Under the pieces are notes generated by a model. That model had not been told where the DNA came from. It was given only the letters and a program-made list of their open reading frames with translations, and ran no database searches. From NCBI GenBank assembly GCA_038320275.1, contig JBBQEB010000022.1, positions 1-32,404 on the forward strand: DNA of 32,404 nt, in the 5' to 3' direction. The DNA comes from Myxococcales bacterium (GTDB lineage: Bacteria; Myxococcota; Myxococcia; Myxococcales; Anaeromyxobacteraceae). Below, one piece after another: positions 9,287-18,963 of the stretch (positions are counted from its first letter, which is position 1; each line of letters begins with the position of its first letter). Made by a program: the position numbers and the translations under genes.

Positions 9287-10480
9287 TCAGCAGGGGATGC
9301 GGACGAGCTCCTGTTGCACCTTGGAGAACACCCGCGGCCCCTCCGCGGTCAGGACCACGTCGATCTCGGTGCGGACGCCCAGCCCCTCCTCGGGCAGGTA
9401 GACGCCGGGCTCGATGGAGAAGGCGAGCCCCTCCACCAGCTCGCGGGTGTCGTGCGTCTCCAGGTCGTCGAGGTTCGCGCCGTCGCCATGGACCCTGGTG
9501 CCGATGGAGTGGCCGGTGCGGTGGATGAACGCGTCGCCGTACCCCCTCGACGCGATGTGGTCGCGCACCGCGCGGTCCACCTGCCAGCCCTGCAGCGTCC
9601 GCCCCTCGCGGAAAGCGCCCTCCACCGTGGCGAGCCCGAGGTCGCGCCCTTCAGCCGCCACCCGGAAGATCTCCTCCGCCTTCTGTGGCGGCCGGTCGCC
9701 GCAGAAGCCCACCCAGGTGATGTCGGCGTACACGTCGCCCTTCGAGGTTCCCCGCGCCCAGAGATCGATGAGGACGAGGTCGCCCTTGCGGATGGGGGTG
9801 GGGGTGCGCTCGGAGGGCTCGTAATGCGGATCGCCGGCGTGCGCGTTCACCGCCACGATGGGCGGGTGGTCGCACTCGAGCTTCCCGCGCGCGAACGCGT
9901 CCGTGAGGAACCGCTGCACGCCGGTCTCGGTCACCTCGACCCCGCGGCGGAGGGCGATGCCGATCTGGTCGAAGGCGGCGTCCTTGGCGTCGTCGATGGC
10001 GCGCAGCGCGCGCACGTGACTCGCGAGCTGGTGCGGCGTCCACCGGCAGAGGAAGCGCTGCACCAGCTCGGCCGACGAGACGACCTCTGCCCCCATGCCG
10101 CGCACGAGCTCGAGCGTGCCCGCGTCCACGCGCGACAGGTACGGGATGGCGGCGAGCGGGAAGTACTCCATGGCGAGCCTGCGCCGCGGGAGGGACGCGA
10201 GCATCCCTTCCAGCTCGAGCCTGAAGGACGCCCACGAGGCGTAGCGGATGCGCCGCCCGGGAACCTCGGGTGGAAAGGATCCGAGCTCGATGGCGTGAAC
10301 CAGGAGCGAGGGCTCGCCCCTGGCCGGCACGAGATAGCACCAGCGCCGGGTGAGCATGTGACCTTCCAGCCCCAGGGCGGTGAGCGCGGTGGGGTTCTGG
10401 CCGTGGAAGTCGTAGAGCAGCCAGCCGTCGAGATCGAGCTCCCGCAGCGTTCGCTGGAGCACGGGGATGTCGAGCGCCAT
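9287..10480 (-). CDS. M24 family metallopeptidase (Xaa-Pro aminopeptidase-like)
   Basis: PHY, LID..., ADIT, HRTGHSIG, FSIEPGVY and GVRTE metal-ligand motifs. Confidence 0.92.
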   Translation of the reverse strand: MALDIPVLQRTLRELDLDGWLLYDFHGQNPTALTALGLEGHMLTRRWCYLVPARGEPSLLVHAIELGSFPPEVPGRRIRYASWASFRLELEGMLASLPRRRLAMEYFPLAAIPYLSRVDAGTLELVRGMGAEVVSSAELVQRFLCRWTPHQLASHVRALRAIDDAKDAAFDQIGIALRRGVEVTETGVQRFLTDAFARGKLECDHPPIVAVNAHAGDPHYEPSERTPTPIRKGDLVLIDLWARGTSKGDVYADITWVGFCGDRPPQKAEEIFRVAAEGRDLGLATVEGAFREGRTLQGWQVDRAVRDHIASRGYGDAFIHRTGHSIGTRVHGDGANLDDLETHDTRELVEGLAFSIEPGVYLPEEGLGVRTEIDVVLTAEGPRVFSKVQQELVRIPC

Positions 10481-10484
10481 CGGT

Positions 10485-11936
10485 TCAGCCCTCCACCTTC
10501 CGCTCCACCGGATGCGCGATCTGGTGCAGGCGGATCGCGTTCGTCATGCCGGGGATGCCCATGGGGGAACCGTACACCACCACCACCCTGTCGCCGGCCT
10601 TGGCGAGGCCGTCCGCCAGCAGGTTGTCGGCGACCATGTCGCACATGAGGTCGGCGTTACGGACTGGCTCCATGATGCGCGGAACGACGCCCCAGTAGAG
10701 CGCGATGCGGCGCCGGATGGACTGATCAGGCGAGAAGGCGACGATGGGCATCTCCGGCCGCGAGTGCGCCAGGAGCCGCGCCGTCGTTCCGCCCAGCGTG
10801 AAGCAGACCACCGCCACCGCGCGGGCCTGGTGGGCCGCCCGCACCGCGGCGCTCGCCACCACCGCGTTGAGTGGACCGGGTCCCGCCCAGAGGTCGGGCG
10901 CCGGCATCGTGCCGAGCGCGCCGTGCTCCTCCGCCTCGCGCACGATGCGGTCCATCATCTGCACGGCCTGGAGAGGGAAGCGGCCGGACGCCGACTCACC
11001 GGAGAGCATCACCGCGTCAGCGCCGTCCCAGATCGCGTTCGCGACGTCGCTCGCCTCCGCGCGCGTCGGCCGCGGGTGCTCGATCATCGACTCGAGCATC
11101 TGCGTCGCCACGATCACCGGTTTTCCGGCGGCGTTCGCCTTGCGGAGGATCTGCTTCTGCAGCGTGGGCACGCGCTCGGGCTGGATCTCCACGCCGAGGT
11201 CGCCGCGGGCGACCATGATCCCGTCGGCCTCCGCGATGATCGCGTCGATGTGGTCGAGCGCCTCCGGCTTCTCGATCTTGGCGATGATGGGCACCACCCG
11301 GCCGAAGCGCTCCATCTCTGCGCGGCAGGCGGCGATGTCGGCCGGGGTTCGCACGAACGAGAGGGCCACGTAGTCGATGCCGTGCACCAGCCCGAAGGCG
11401 AGGTCGCGCCGGTCCTTCTCGCTCATGGCCTCCGCGCGCAGCGCCACGCCGGGGAGGTTGATGCCCTTGTGCTCCCTCAGCACGCCGCCTTCCACCACCT
11501 CGCAGCGCGCTCGGACGCCATCCGTCTTCAGCACGCGAAGCTCGAGCAGCCCGTCGTCCACCAGGAGGCGATCGCCTGGGCGCACGTCCTCGGCGAGGTG
11601 CGAGTAGGTCGTCGAGACGAGCGTCTCGTCGCCCACCACCTCGTGCTCGGTGGTGATGACGAGCTCGCGCCCGGCCTCGAGCAGCACGCCCACCTTGCCG
11701 GCCTTCAGCGGGCCGGTGCGGATCTTGGGGCCCTGGAGGTCTTGCAGGACGGCGACCGCCCGCGAGATGCGACGCGACGCGGCGCGGACGCGGTCGAGGA
11801 CCGCCGCGTGGCCCTCCAGCTCGCCGTGCGAGAAGTTGAGGCGCGCGACGTCGACGCCCACCTCGAACAGTTTTTGGATCGTCTCGGGATCAGAGCTCGC
11901 GGGGCCGAGCGTGGCGACGATCTTGGCGCGGCGCAT
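10485..11936 (-). CDS. pyk: Pyruvate kinase
   Basis: RRAKIVATLGPAS, ARLNFSHG, DLQGPKIR, IMVARGDLGVE, ATQMLESM, DAVMLSGESA. Confidence 0.98.
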   Translation of the reverse strand: MRRAKIVATLGPASSDPETIQKLFEVGVDVARLNFSHGELEGHAAVLDRVRAASRRISRAVAVLQDLQGPKIRTGPLKAGKVGVLLEAGRELVITTEHEVVGDETLVSTTYSHLAEDVRPGDRLLVDDGLLELRVLKTDGVRARCEVVEGGVLREHKGINLPGVALRAEAMSEKDRRDLAFGLVHGIDYVALSFVRTPADIAACRAEMERFGRVVPIIAKIEKPEALDHIDAIIAEADGIMVARGDLGVEIQPERVPTLQKQILRKANAAGKPVIVATQMLESMIEHPRPTRAEASDVANAIWDGADAVMLSGESASGRFPLQAVQMMDRIVREAEEHGALGTMPAPDLWAGPGPLNAVVASAAVRAAHQARAVAVVCFTLGGTTARLLAHSRPEMPIVAFSPDQSIRRRIALYWGVVPRIMEPVRNADLMCDMVADNLLADGLAKAGDRVVVVYGSPMGIPGMTNAIRLHQIAHPVERKVEG

Positions 11937-12001
11937 GCGTTCGGGTTGTAGGAGGCGAGCCGCCCCGCGGCCAGCCTATGCCTCGCGAGGGGGAGCCCTC
12001 G

Positions 12002-12754
12002 TCATCGAAACGCAGCCGCCTGCGTCCACGTCCTCAGCCGGTCCTTGCAGTCGGCCGAGGTGGTGTCGCCCGCCGCCCGATGCCAGCTCTGGACGTGGAG
12101 CACCTGCCAGTCGGGGAGATCTTCCGCGCCCGGGATGGCGATGCTCCCGAGCTCGCCGGCGTCGAGCACGATGTTTCCGGAGGAGCTGCTGGCGCGCATC
12201 CGGTCGCGGTACAGGTCGCCGCAGCGCGAGGGCTCGAGATAGAGCGAGCTCGCCACCACCTCCAGGGACGGGAGGTCGGTGGCTTCGGCCAGTGGCCCCA
12301 CCCGTATGAAGGGCAGCCCCTGGTCGAGGCGAAGATCGCCCTCGCCGATGAGGAGCCGGTAGCGCTCGATTCCCGCGGGGCCCTGCGCGAGGCGGAGGAC
12401 GCGCCAGGGCAGCGGCGCCCCGTCGGCCCCCAGCGCGGCCGGATCGTAGTCGGCGAGGACGGTGATCTCGCCGCCGTCGGCGAAGTCCGGGACGGTGACC
12501 TGCGAGGCGACCGGCTCGAAATGCACGGTGTTGATCCCGGCCGGGCAATCGCCTCCGGCGCTCGCGACGGTGAAGGTGGTGGCGTCCACGCGCGTGCCCA
12601 TCCCGGTGCAGACCACGCGCGCGGGCGAGGCCGGGGCGAGCGGCGCGCCGTCCGGGCCGACGATGGCGATGCGGAAGGGCTTCACGTCGAGCTCGCGCTG
12701 CGGGCAGGCCGCGGCGGCGAGGAGGAGCGCGGCGAACAGGAGCCTAGAACGCAT
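12002..12754 (-). CDS. Putative lipoprotein of unknown function
   Basis: [17 protein letters not shown] lipobox-like signal. Overlaps the upstream OMP gene end and is co-oriented with pyk. Confidence 0.7.
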   Translation of the reverse strand: MRSRLLFAALLLAAAACPQRELDVKPFRIAIVGPDGAPLAPASPARVVCTGMGTRVDATTFTVASAGGDCPAGINTVHFEPVASQVTVPDFADGGEITVLADYDPAALGADGAPLPWRVLRLAQGPAGIERYRLLIGEGDLRLDQGLPFIRVGPLAEATDLPSLEVVASSLYLEPSRCGDLYRDRMRASSSSGNIVLDAGELGSIAIPGAEDLPDWQVLHVQSWHRAAGDTTSADCKDRLRTWTQAAAFR

Positions 12755-13409
12755 ACCCAAGGCGAAGCCTCCACTGCGGGATGCTGGTGAGGAGCGGCCG
12801 GGCCCAGGCGAAGGCCTCGGCTCCCAGGAGCACCTTGCCCATGAGGCGGTGCTCGTACCCGACGCCCGCCTCCTCGTCCCGGCCCCACACCTCGTAGCCG
12901 TAGCCGCCGGAGCGGATCGCCCGCACCGCGCCGCGGACGTAGAAGAGCCCTGCGGCGCCGAGCTCCAGCCCGGCCGTCACCTCCCCGCGCAGGACGAAGT
13001 TGTCGAGAGAGCTGACGCGCTGCGGGATGAACACCTCCCCCACCTCGCCGGTCACCGAGAGGTGGAACAGGTCGTCGGCGATGGGCGAGAAGCGCAGTCC
13101 CGCGTACGCGCCGGTCTGCCCGGCGAACCGATCCTGCAGGAGGAAGGTGTCCGCCCGCACGACGAGGTCGAGGTCGAACCCCATGCCGATGTCGGCGCGC
13201 AGCCCGCTGCGCAGCCAGCCCACGTCCAGGGAGAGGTTGGTGTCGCCAAGCGGAGAGGGCCCGAACGCCAGCCACCTGCCGCTGGGCGGCTCCTCGAAGG
13301 GAATGGCGCCGGCCGGCGTCACCTCCTCGGCGGCGCCGGCAGCCGTGGCGGCGCGCGGCGCGGATGCCGCGGCGGCCGCGAGGACGAAGGCGAGGGCTGT
13401 TCGGCGCAC
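12744..13409 (-). CDS. Putative small outer-membrane beta-barrel protein
   Basis: Signal peptide, amphipathic beta-strand pattern and C-terminal WRLRLGYAF beta-signal. Confidence 0.7.
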   Translation of the reverse strand: MRRTALAFVLAAAAASAPRAATAAGAAEEVTPAGAIPFEEPPSGRWLAFGPSPLGDTNLSLDVGWLRSGLRADIGMGFDLDLVVRADTFLLQDRFAGQTGAYAGLRFSPIADDLFHLSVTGEVGEVFIPQRVSSLDNFVLRGEVTAGLELGAAGLFYVRGAVRAIRSGGYGYEVWGRDEEAGVGYEHRLMGKVLLGAEAFAWARPLLTSIPQWRLRLGYAF

Positions 13410-13504
13410 CCGTGCAACGTAAGGGGCGAGGACGCGTCCGGGCCACGCGACGGGGGCGGAGCGGCTCGTCTACCCCGTGCTCCGATGGGTGTAGCCTCCT
13501 CGAG

Positions 13505-14137
13505 GTGGCTCTGGGGCGGAGATCGACGGGTAGCGGGGCGAGGCTTCCCCGCTCCTTCTACGCGGCCGCCGCGCTGGAGGTGGCGAGGGCCCTCCTCGGC
13601 AAGAGACTGGTGCACCTGGACGGTGGTGCCCGCCGGGCGGCGCGCATCGTGGAGACGGAGGCCTACCACGGCGTCGACGACGCAGCCTCGCACGCGCGCT
13701 TCGGCCCGACGCCGCGCGCTGCGGTGATGTTCGGCCCGCCGGGCGTGGCCTACGTGTACCTCGTGTACGGCCTGAGCCACTGCTTCAACGCGGTCACCGG
13801 GCCGGACGGGGTGCCGTCGGCGGTGCTGGTCCGCGCCGCCGAGCCGGTGGAGGGCTGTCTCCACTCGACGGTGGGCCCGGGCAACCTCTGCCGCGCGCTC
13901 GCGATCCGGCGCCCGCAGAGCGGGCTCGACCTCACCGGGGAGGTGCTCTTCGTGGAGGACGCGCCGGCGCCCGACGAGGAGATCGCCGAGGCGCCGCGCG
14001 TCAACGTCGCCTACGCCGGCGCCTGGGCGGAGCGGCCCTGGCGCTTCGCGCTGGCCGGGAATCCCTGCGTGTCGCGGCCGTGGCCCTGGGCGAGAGGCTG
14101 GCGGCGCGCGACCCGCCCGAAGCGCCGGCTCCCGTGA
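13505..14137 (+). CDS. mpg: DNA-3-methyladenine glycosylase (MPG/AAG family)
   Basis: LPRSFY, ARALLGK, IVETEAY.G.DD.ASH, YVYLVYG and [12 protein letters not shown] 13505 chosen as start (uncertain). Confidence 0.93.
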   Translation: MALGRRSTGSGARLPRSFYAAAALEVARALLGKRLVHLDGGARRAARIVETEAYHGVDDAASHARFGPTPRAAVMFGPPGVAYVYLVYGLSHCFNAVTGPDGVPSAVLVRAAEPVEGCLHSTVGPGNLCRALAIRRPQSGLDLTGEVLFVEDAPAPDEEIAEAPRVNVAYAGAWAERPWRFALAGNPCVSRPWPWARGWRRATRPKRRLP

Positions 14138-14155
14138 CGGGATAACCTCTGGCGC

Positions 14156-15166
14156 GTGCTCCACCTCGCAGGACAGGACAGCCGCGCGCTCGCGGGCGCG
14201 CTCGGCATCGAGCTCGCCGACGCGCGGCGCATCCTCGGCGCGGTGGTCGGCCGCGGCCGGCCGCTGCGGGAAGCGCGCAACGTGCGCCGGGAGGTGCTCG
14301 ACCTCGCCGAGGAGCGGCTGTCCTCCGCGCGGCTTCGCACGGTGGCGGTGGTCGACGCGGCGGACGGCTTCCGCAAGTATCTCTTCGAGCTGCCGGACGG
14401 CGCGCGGGTCGAATCGGTCCGCATCCCGCTCTTCGACACGCACCACACCCTCTGCCTCTCCTCGCAGGTGGGCTGCGCGCTCGGCTGCGCCTTCTGCGCG
14501 ACAGGCCGGCTGGGCCTCACCCGGAATCTGGAGGCCTGGGAGATCGTGGCGCAGCTCCTGGAGGTTCGAGCCGACTCCACCCGCCCCATCACCGGGGCCG
14601 TCTTCATGGGCCAGGGCGAGCCCTTCCACAACTACGAGGCCGTCCTGCAGGCCGCCTACGTGCTCTGCGATCCCGCCGGCGCGCGCATGGATGCGCGCCG
14701 CATCTCCATCTCGACGGCCGGGGTCGTGCCCGCCATCCGGCGCTACACGCGCGAGCGGCACAAGTTCCGGCTGTGCGTCTCGCTCAACGCTGCCCGCCCC
14801 GAGCTTCGCGAGGGGCTCATGCCCATCGAGAAGGGGTACCCGCTCGACGAGCTGGTGGACGCGATCCGCGAGCACGCAGCCAGTCGCGGGCGCGCCACGG
14901 TGGCGTACGTCATGCTGGGCGGGGTGAACACGGGCGAGGAGGACGCCCGCGCGCTGGGCCGGCTCCTCTGCGGCATCCCGGTGCGCCTCAACCCCATCGA
15001 CGTGAACGACGCCACCGGCCGCTTCCGCCCGCCGACACCCGAGGAGTACCGCGTCTTCCGCGATGCGCTGGGGCGCGAGCTGCCGGGTCAGCCGGTGGTG
15101 AGGCGCTACTCCGGCGGAAAGGACGAGCACGCTGCCTGCGGGATGCTCGCGAGCGGGAACGGTTGA
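14156..15166 (+). CDS. RlmN/Cfr-family radical SAM enzyme (atypical paralog)
   Basis: [18 protein letters not shown] (CxxxCxxC), FMGQGEP, ISISTAG and C-terminal AACGML. Confidence 0.88.
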   Translation: MLHLAGQDSRALAGALGIELADARRILGAVVGRGRPLREARNVRREVLDLAEERLSSARLRTVAVVDAADGFRKYLFELPDGARVESVRIPLFDTHHTLCLSSQVGCALGCAFCATGRLGLTRNLEAWEIVAQLLEVRADSTRPITGAVFMGQGEPFHNYEAVLQAAYVLCDPAGARMDARRISISTAGVVPAIRRYTRERHKFRLCVSLNAARPELREGLMPIEKGYPLDELVDAIREHAASRGRATVAYVMLGGVNTGEEDARALGRLLCGIPVRLNPIDVNDATGRFRPPTPEEYRVFRDALGRELPGQPVVRRYSGGKDEHAACGMLASGNG

Positions 15167-15182
15167 CCGCCGGGCGCCAGGC

Positions 15183-15434
15183 TCAGCGCCCAGCGCCCCC
15201 GTCGGCGGGGCCGTCACCCTCGAACAGCTCCAGATTGCGCAGGAGCTCGAGCCGCTCCAGCTCGTCCAGGTGATCGAGGAGCTCGGGATCGGGCGAGTCG
15301 CTGGCCGCGGCGCCGCCGTCCGTCGCTTCGTCGCGGTGGGCGCCGCCATCGGCAGCAGTGGGAGGCTCCACACCGGGCGCAGCTCCAGGCCGCGCCAGCG
15401 CCGTGGCGAGCAGGAGGAGCGCGGCGCGTCTCAC
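15183..15434 (-). CDS. Small exported protein with acidic/leucine C-terminal motif
   Basis: Last gene of the ECF operon. Signal-like N-terminus RRAALLLLATALA, and DPELLDHLDELERLELLRNLELFE. Start uncertain. Confidence 0.6.
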   Translation of the reverse strand: MRRAALLLLATALARPGAAPGVEPPTAADGGAHRDEATDGGAAASDSPDPELLDHLDELERLELLRNLELFEGDGPADGGAGR

Positions 15435-15444
15435 AGCGGGGGAT

Positions 15445-15987
15445 CTAACGCCGCCGCCGCTCCTGGCGCCGCTCCCGCCAGCGCTCCCGCGCGCGCTCAC
15501 GGTCCGCCGGCGACATGGTCTTCCACCGCTCGAGGTTCTGGAGGTACCGCTTCCGCTCCTCGGGCGAGGCCTTCAGCACGTCGTGGAAGGCCGCGCGCAG
15601 CTCCGCGCGCTTCTCGGGCGGCAGGTCGCGCCAGCGGCCGAACTTCTCGAGCAGCCCCTGGCGCTCCGCGGGGGGCAGCTCCCGGAAAGCCTTCCAGTTC
15701 CGCTCGACCTCGGCGCGGCGCTCGGGCGGCAGCGCGCGCAGCCTCTCGAGCTCCGCTCCGACGCGCGCCTTCTCCTCCGGCGCGAGCGCCTTCCAGGCTT
15801 CCAGCCGCCCGCGCGCCTCCTGGCGCTCCTCGGGGGACATGCGCTCCCAGCGGGCGCGGGCCTCCTCCCGCCGCGATGGCGCTTCGGCCCGTCGCTCGGC
15901 GGGTTCCGCGGCGAGCGGCCTGCCGGCGGTTCCGGCGAGCGCGAACGCGAGGAGGCCCAGCGCGGCGGTCGATCGGAGGCGGCTCAT
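15445..15987 (-). CDS. DUF3106-like helical repeat protein
   Basis: Signal peptide, then about seven 18-aa repeats of (W/F)..(L/M).PE.(R/K). ATG overlaps the anti-sigma stop. Confidence 0.8.
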   Translation of the reverse strand: MSRLRSTAALGLLAFALAGTAGRPLAAEPAERRAEAPSRREEARARWERMSPEERQEARGRLEAWKALAPEEKARVGAELERLRALPPERRAEVERNWKAFRELPPAERQGLLEKFGRWRDLPPEKRAELRAAFHDVLKASPEERKRYLQNLERWKTMSPADRERARERWRERRQERRRR

Positions 15988-16487
15988 GGCTTGCCCTCCC
16001 GCAGCTCGCCCAGGTGGGTGACCACGTCCACATCCTCCCCCGACTGCACCGCGTCGAGGCTCGCCACCGCCTCGTAGCTCTCGAAGAGGTCGAGGTGCGA
16101 GGCGACGAACGCGTCGTCCACCGGACGCGAGCGCCCCGGCCCGGCGAAGAGGACGACCGCGGCAGCCGCTGCGGCGGCGCCGAGGCCCGGCGCGAGCCAC
16201 CGCCAGGACTTCCTGTCGAGGAGGCCAGACCAGACGCGGCGCTCCCCTGCGCGCTCCGAGGCGAGCCGCGCGTGGAAGCGAGCCTCGAAGGTGGGCGAAG
16301 GCGGCGGCGCGACGGGCGCGCGCGCGAGGAGCCGGGACACGGCGGCGAGCCGCGCCTGCTCGGCCCGGCAGGCGTCGCAACCGGCGAGATGGGCTTCCAC
16401 CCGCGCCGCGTCGGGAGGGTCGAGCGCGCGGTCGAGGTAGGCGGTGAGCTCCTCGGACGGATGCGCCACCCAGGTTCGTGGACTCAT
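15984..16487 (-). CDS. Zinc-finger (zf-HC2) membrane anti-sigma factor
   Basis: LTAYLD...HLAGCDAC and one TM segment. ATGA coupling to the ECF sigma gene. Confidence 0.88.
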   Translation of the reverse strand: MSPRTWVAHPSEELTAYLDRALDPPDAARVEAHLAGCDACRAEQARLAAVSRLLARAPVAPPPSPTFEARFHARLASERAGERRVWSGLLDRKSWRWLAPGLGAAAAAAAVVLFAGPGRSRPVDDAFVASHLDLFESYEAVASLDAVQSGEDVDVVTHLGELREGKP

Positions 16488-17074
16488 GCTCCCTCCGGCA
16501 GGAACGGCGCGAGCGCGGCCGCCGCCGCCACGGTGGCGCGGTGGACGAGCGACTTCACCGCGGGGACGGTGGTCTCGAGCACCTCCGCGACCTCTCCGTA
16601 GGGCAGCCCTTCGAGCCGCGCCAGCACGAAGGCGGCGCGCTGCTTCTCCGGGAGCTCGAGGAGGAGCTCCTGCAGGGCACGGGCGAGGGCGGCGCCCCGA
16701 GCGTGCTCCTCCGGCGTGGGGGCTGGGCCCGCGAGCGCGTCGGGATCGGTGGGCGCGGCGGGAGACCCGTCGCCTCCCGCGGCGCCTCCCCGCAGGGCGC
16801 CGTACTCGCCGCGGCGAAGCTCGTTCAGGCAGTGGTTGGAGGCGATGCGGTAGAGGAAGGTTCTGAAGCGCGCGGTGGGGGCGTAGCGGGCTGCCGAGCG
16901 GTGCAGCTTCAGGAAGACGTCTTGCGCCAGCTCCTCGGCGCGGCCGGCGTCCCTCACGAAGTGGTGGCAAAACGCGATCATGGAGCGCCCGTGCTTCTGG
17001 AAGAGGGCCCGGAACGCCGACGCGTCCCCCCGCTGAAACGCGACCATGAGCGCCGCGTCGGGATCCGGGGCCAT
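16484..17074 (-). CDS. ECF RNA polymerase sigma factor
   Basis: Region 2 AEELAQDVFLK/FRTFLYRIASN and region 4 LPEKQR..GLPYGEVAEVL..VKSLVHRA. Confidence 0.95.
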   Translation of the reverse strand: MAPDPDAALMVAFQRGDASAFRALFQKHGRSMIAFCHHFVRDAGRAEELAQDVFLKLHRSAARYAPTARFRTFLYRIASNHCLNELRRGEYGALRGGAAGGDGSPAAPTDPDALAGPAPTPEEHARGAALARALQELLLELPEKQRAAFVLARLEGLPYGEVAEVLETTVPAVKSLVHRATVAAAAALAPFLPEGA

Positions 17075-17150
17075 CTACCCTCTCCAACCCGAAACCTGCC
17101 GGGCGGTTGCGCGAGAGCTCACTCCGCCGCCCGCGGACGGCTGGAGCCCC

Positions 17151-18194
17151 TCATCCTCGGGGCAGTCCCACCGTGACGAGGACGGTGAGCCAGTACGCGA
17201 CCGCGGCGAAGAGCGCCGACATGGGGATGGTGAGTACCCACGCCCAGATGATGCGCCCGGCCACGCCCCAACGGACGGCGCGCGTGCCGCGGGTGGAGCC
17301 CACCCCCACGATGGCGCCGGTGATGGTGTGGGTCGTGGAGACCGGGATGCCGAAATGGGACAACGCGAGGATGGTGACCCCGCCGCCCGTCTCCGCGCAG
17401 AAGCCGCCGATGGGCTGCAGCTTGGTGAGGCGGTTGCCCATGGTGCGAACGATGCGCCAGCCGCCGAACAAGGTGCCGCCCGCGATGGCGAGCTGGCACA
17501 GGAGCACGACCCAGATCGGGATGTGGAAGGGCCGCCCGCTCCAGATGGTGCCGTACAGCACGACGGCGATGATGCCCATCACCTTCTGCGCGTCGTTGGT
17601 GCCGTGGCTGTAGGAGAAGATCGACGCCGAGAGGAGCTGGAGCCGCCTGAACCAGCGATCGACGCGGGCGGGCGTCTGGCGGCGCACCAGCCAGGCCGCG
17701 ATGAGCATGTTGGCCGACCCGAAGATCATTCCGATGAGGGGCGAGAGCACGATGAAGGCCGAGATCTTGGCGATGCCGGAGTAGACGAGCCCCTCGGTTC
17801 CCAGCGCGGGAAGGGTCGCGCCGATCATGCCGCCCGCGAGCGCGTGCGAGGAGGACGAGGGGAGGCCCCACCACCAGGTGAGCAGGTTCCAGATGATCGC
17901 GCCGAGGAGCGCCGCGAAGATCACGGTGAGGACGAGCCCGGTGCCACGGGACTTCAAGATGTCGAAGTGGATGATGCCCGTGCCCATGGTGTTCGCGACG
18001 CGCAGCTCGCCTCCGAAGAGCACCGGCGCGGCGGCGAGGAGGTTGAAGAAGGCCGCGAACGCCACCGCCACGAAGGGGGAGAGCACGCGCGTGGAGACGA
18101 CCGTCGCGATGGAGTTGGCGGCGTCGTGGAATCCGTTGATGAAGTCGAAGACGAGCGCGACCCCGACGAGGCCGATGACGATGGCGAGGATCAT
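17151..18194 (-). CDS. pit: Inorganic phosphate transporter (PiT family)
   Basis: NGFHDAANSIAT, GLPSSSSHA, HGTNDAQK, GIPVSTTH. Confidence 0.95.
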   Translation of the reverse strand: MILAIVIGLVGVALVFDFINGFHDAANSIATVVSTRVLSPFVAVAFAAFFNLLAAAPVLFGGELRVANTMGTGIIHFDILKSRGTGLVLTVIFAALLGAIIWNLLTWWWGLPSSSSHALAGGMIGATLPALGTEGLVYSGIAKISAFIVLSPLIGMIFGSANMLIAAWLVRRQTPARVDRWFRRLQLLSASIFSYSHGTNDAQKVMGIIAVVLYGTIWSGRPFHIPIWVVLLCQLAIAGGTLFGGWRIVRTMGNRLTKLQPIGGFCAETGGGVTILALSHFGIPVSTTHTITGAIVGVGSTRGTRAVRWGVAGRIIWAWVLTIPMSALFAAVAYWLTVLVTVGLPRG

Positions 18195-18206
18195 GCGGGG
18201 AAGGCG

Positions 18207-18839
18207 TCAGGCGTGCTCGAGGACGACGCCCTCGATCACGTTCGCCACGTCCTCGGCGCGGTCGATGGCGTCCTCGATGAGATCCAGGATCTCCTTCCAC
18301 TTCATCACCAGCAGCGGGTCCTTGCCGCTCTTGAAGAGGTCGGCGATGGCGCGGCGCACGAGGGTGTCGCCCTGGTTCTCGCAGACGTTCACCCCCTTGC
18401 AGGCCTCCAGCACCTGGGCAGGGTTCTTGATGTCGCGCAGCCCGCGCACCGCGAGCTGCATCGTCTCGGCGGCCTTGACGAGCACGGCCGCGAGCTCGCG
18501 CGCGTCGGGCAGGATGTCGCCGATCTCGTAGAGCCCGATGCGCTCGCTGGCGGCATCGGCGAGGTCGAGCACGTCGTCGATGCGCGAGAGGAGGCGGTGG
18601 ATCTCGGTGCGGTCGAAGGGCGTGATGAACTGCTTGTGAAGCCGCTCGAACGCGCGGTGCGTGATGTCGTCGCCCCGGTGCTCCACCGCCTTGATGCCCG
18701 CCACCTTGGCCGGAACGTCAGTGAAGTCCTCCAGCATCGCCTGGAAGAGGCGGGTTCCCTCGACGGTGGTGGCGGCGAGCTTCTCGAAATCGTCGAAGAA
18801 GTCGTCGGAGCGCGGCATCAACCTCTCGAGCAGCGACAT
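18207..18839 (-). CDS. DUF47 / PhoU-like Pit accessory protein
   Basis: EHRGDDIT, FITPFDR, IDDVLD and LEDAIDR-like motifs; directly upstream of pit. Confidence 0.92.
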   Translation of the reverse strand: MSLLERLMPRSDDFFDDFEKLAATTVEGTRLFQAMLEDFTDVPAKVAGIKAVEHRGDDITHRAFERLHKQFITPFDRTEIHRLLSRIDDVLDLADAASERIGLYEIGDILPDARELAAVLVKAAETMQLAVRGLRDIKNPAQVLEACKGVNVCENQGDTLVRRAIADLFKSGKDPLLVMKWKEILDLIEDAIDRAEDVANVIEGVVLEHA

Positions 18840-18963
18840 GGCCTCTCCCTGAGCCCCACTCGCTTCGGGGCGCGCGAAAGATAGCCAGATCGCCGCCGGA
18901 GTCCACGCTTACCAGGATCCCTCCTCCCGGCCGGTGAGGCGTCGAGCCCTTCTTGGTGCCTCA

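Noticed and set aside
7423..9528. Long opposite-strand or off-frame ORFs (also 13319..15373, 19487..21874, 25388..27346)
   Set aside because: Arg/Gly/Ala/Pro-rich shadow frames expected in very GC-rich DNA, overlapping well-supported genes.
14156..15166. Calling the radical SAM gene a cfr resistance gene or canonical rlmN
   Set aside because: The motifs deviate from both, so specificity cannot be read from the sequence.
15445..15900. Periodic repeats as a CRISPR or DNA tandem array
   Set aside because: The periodicity is at the protein level (about 18-aa helical repeats) with degenerate DNA, and there is no repeat-spacer structure or cas gene.
17075..17150. Autoregulatory ECF promoter (GCAACC...GGTT) upstream of the first ECF sigma gene
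   Set aside because: The match is too short and degenerate to support without a comparative alignment.
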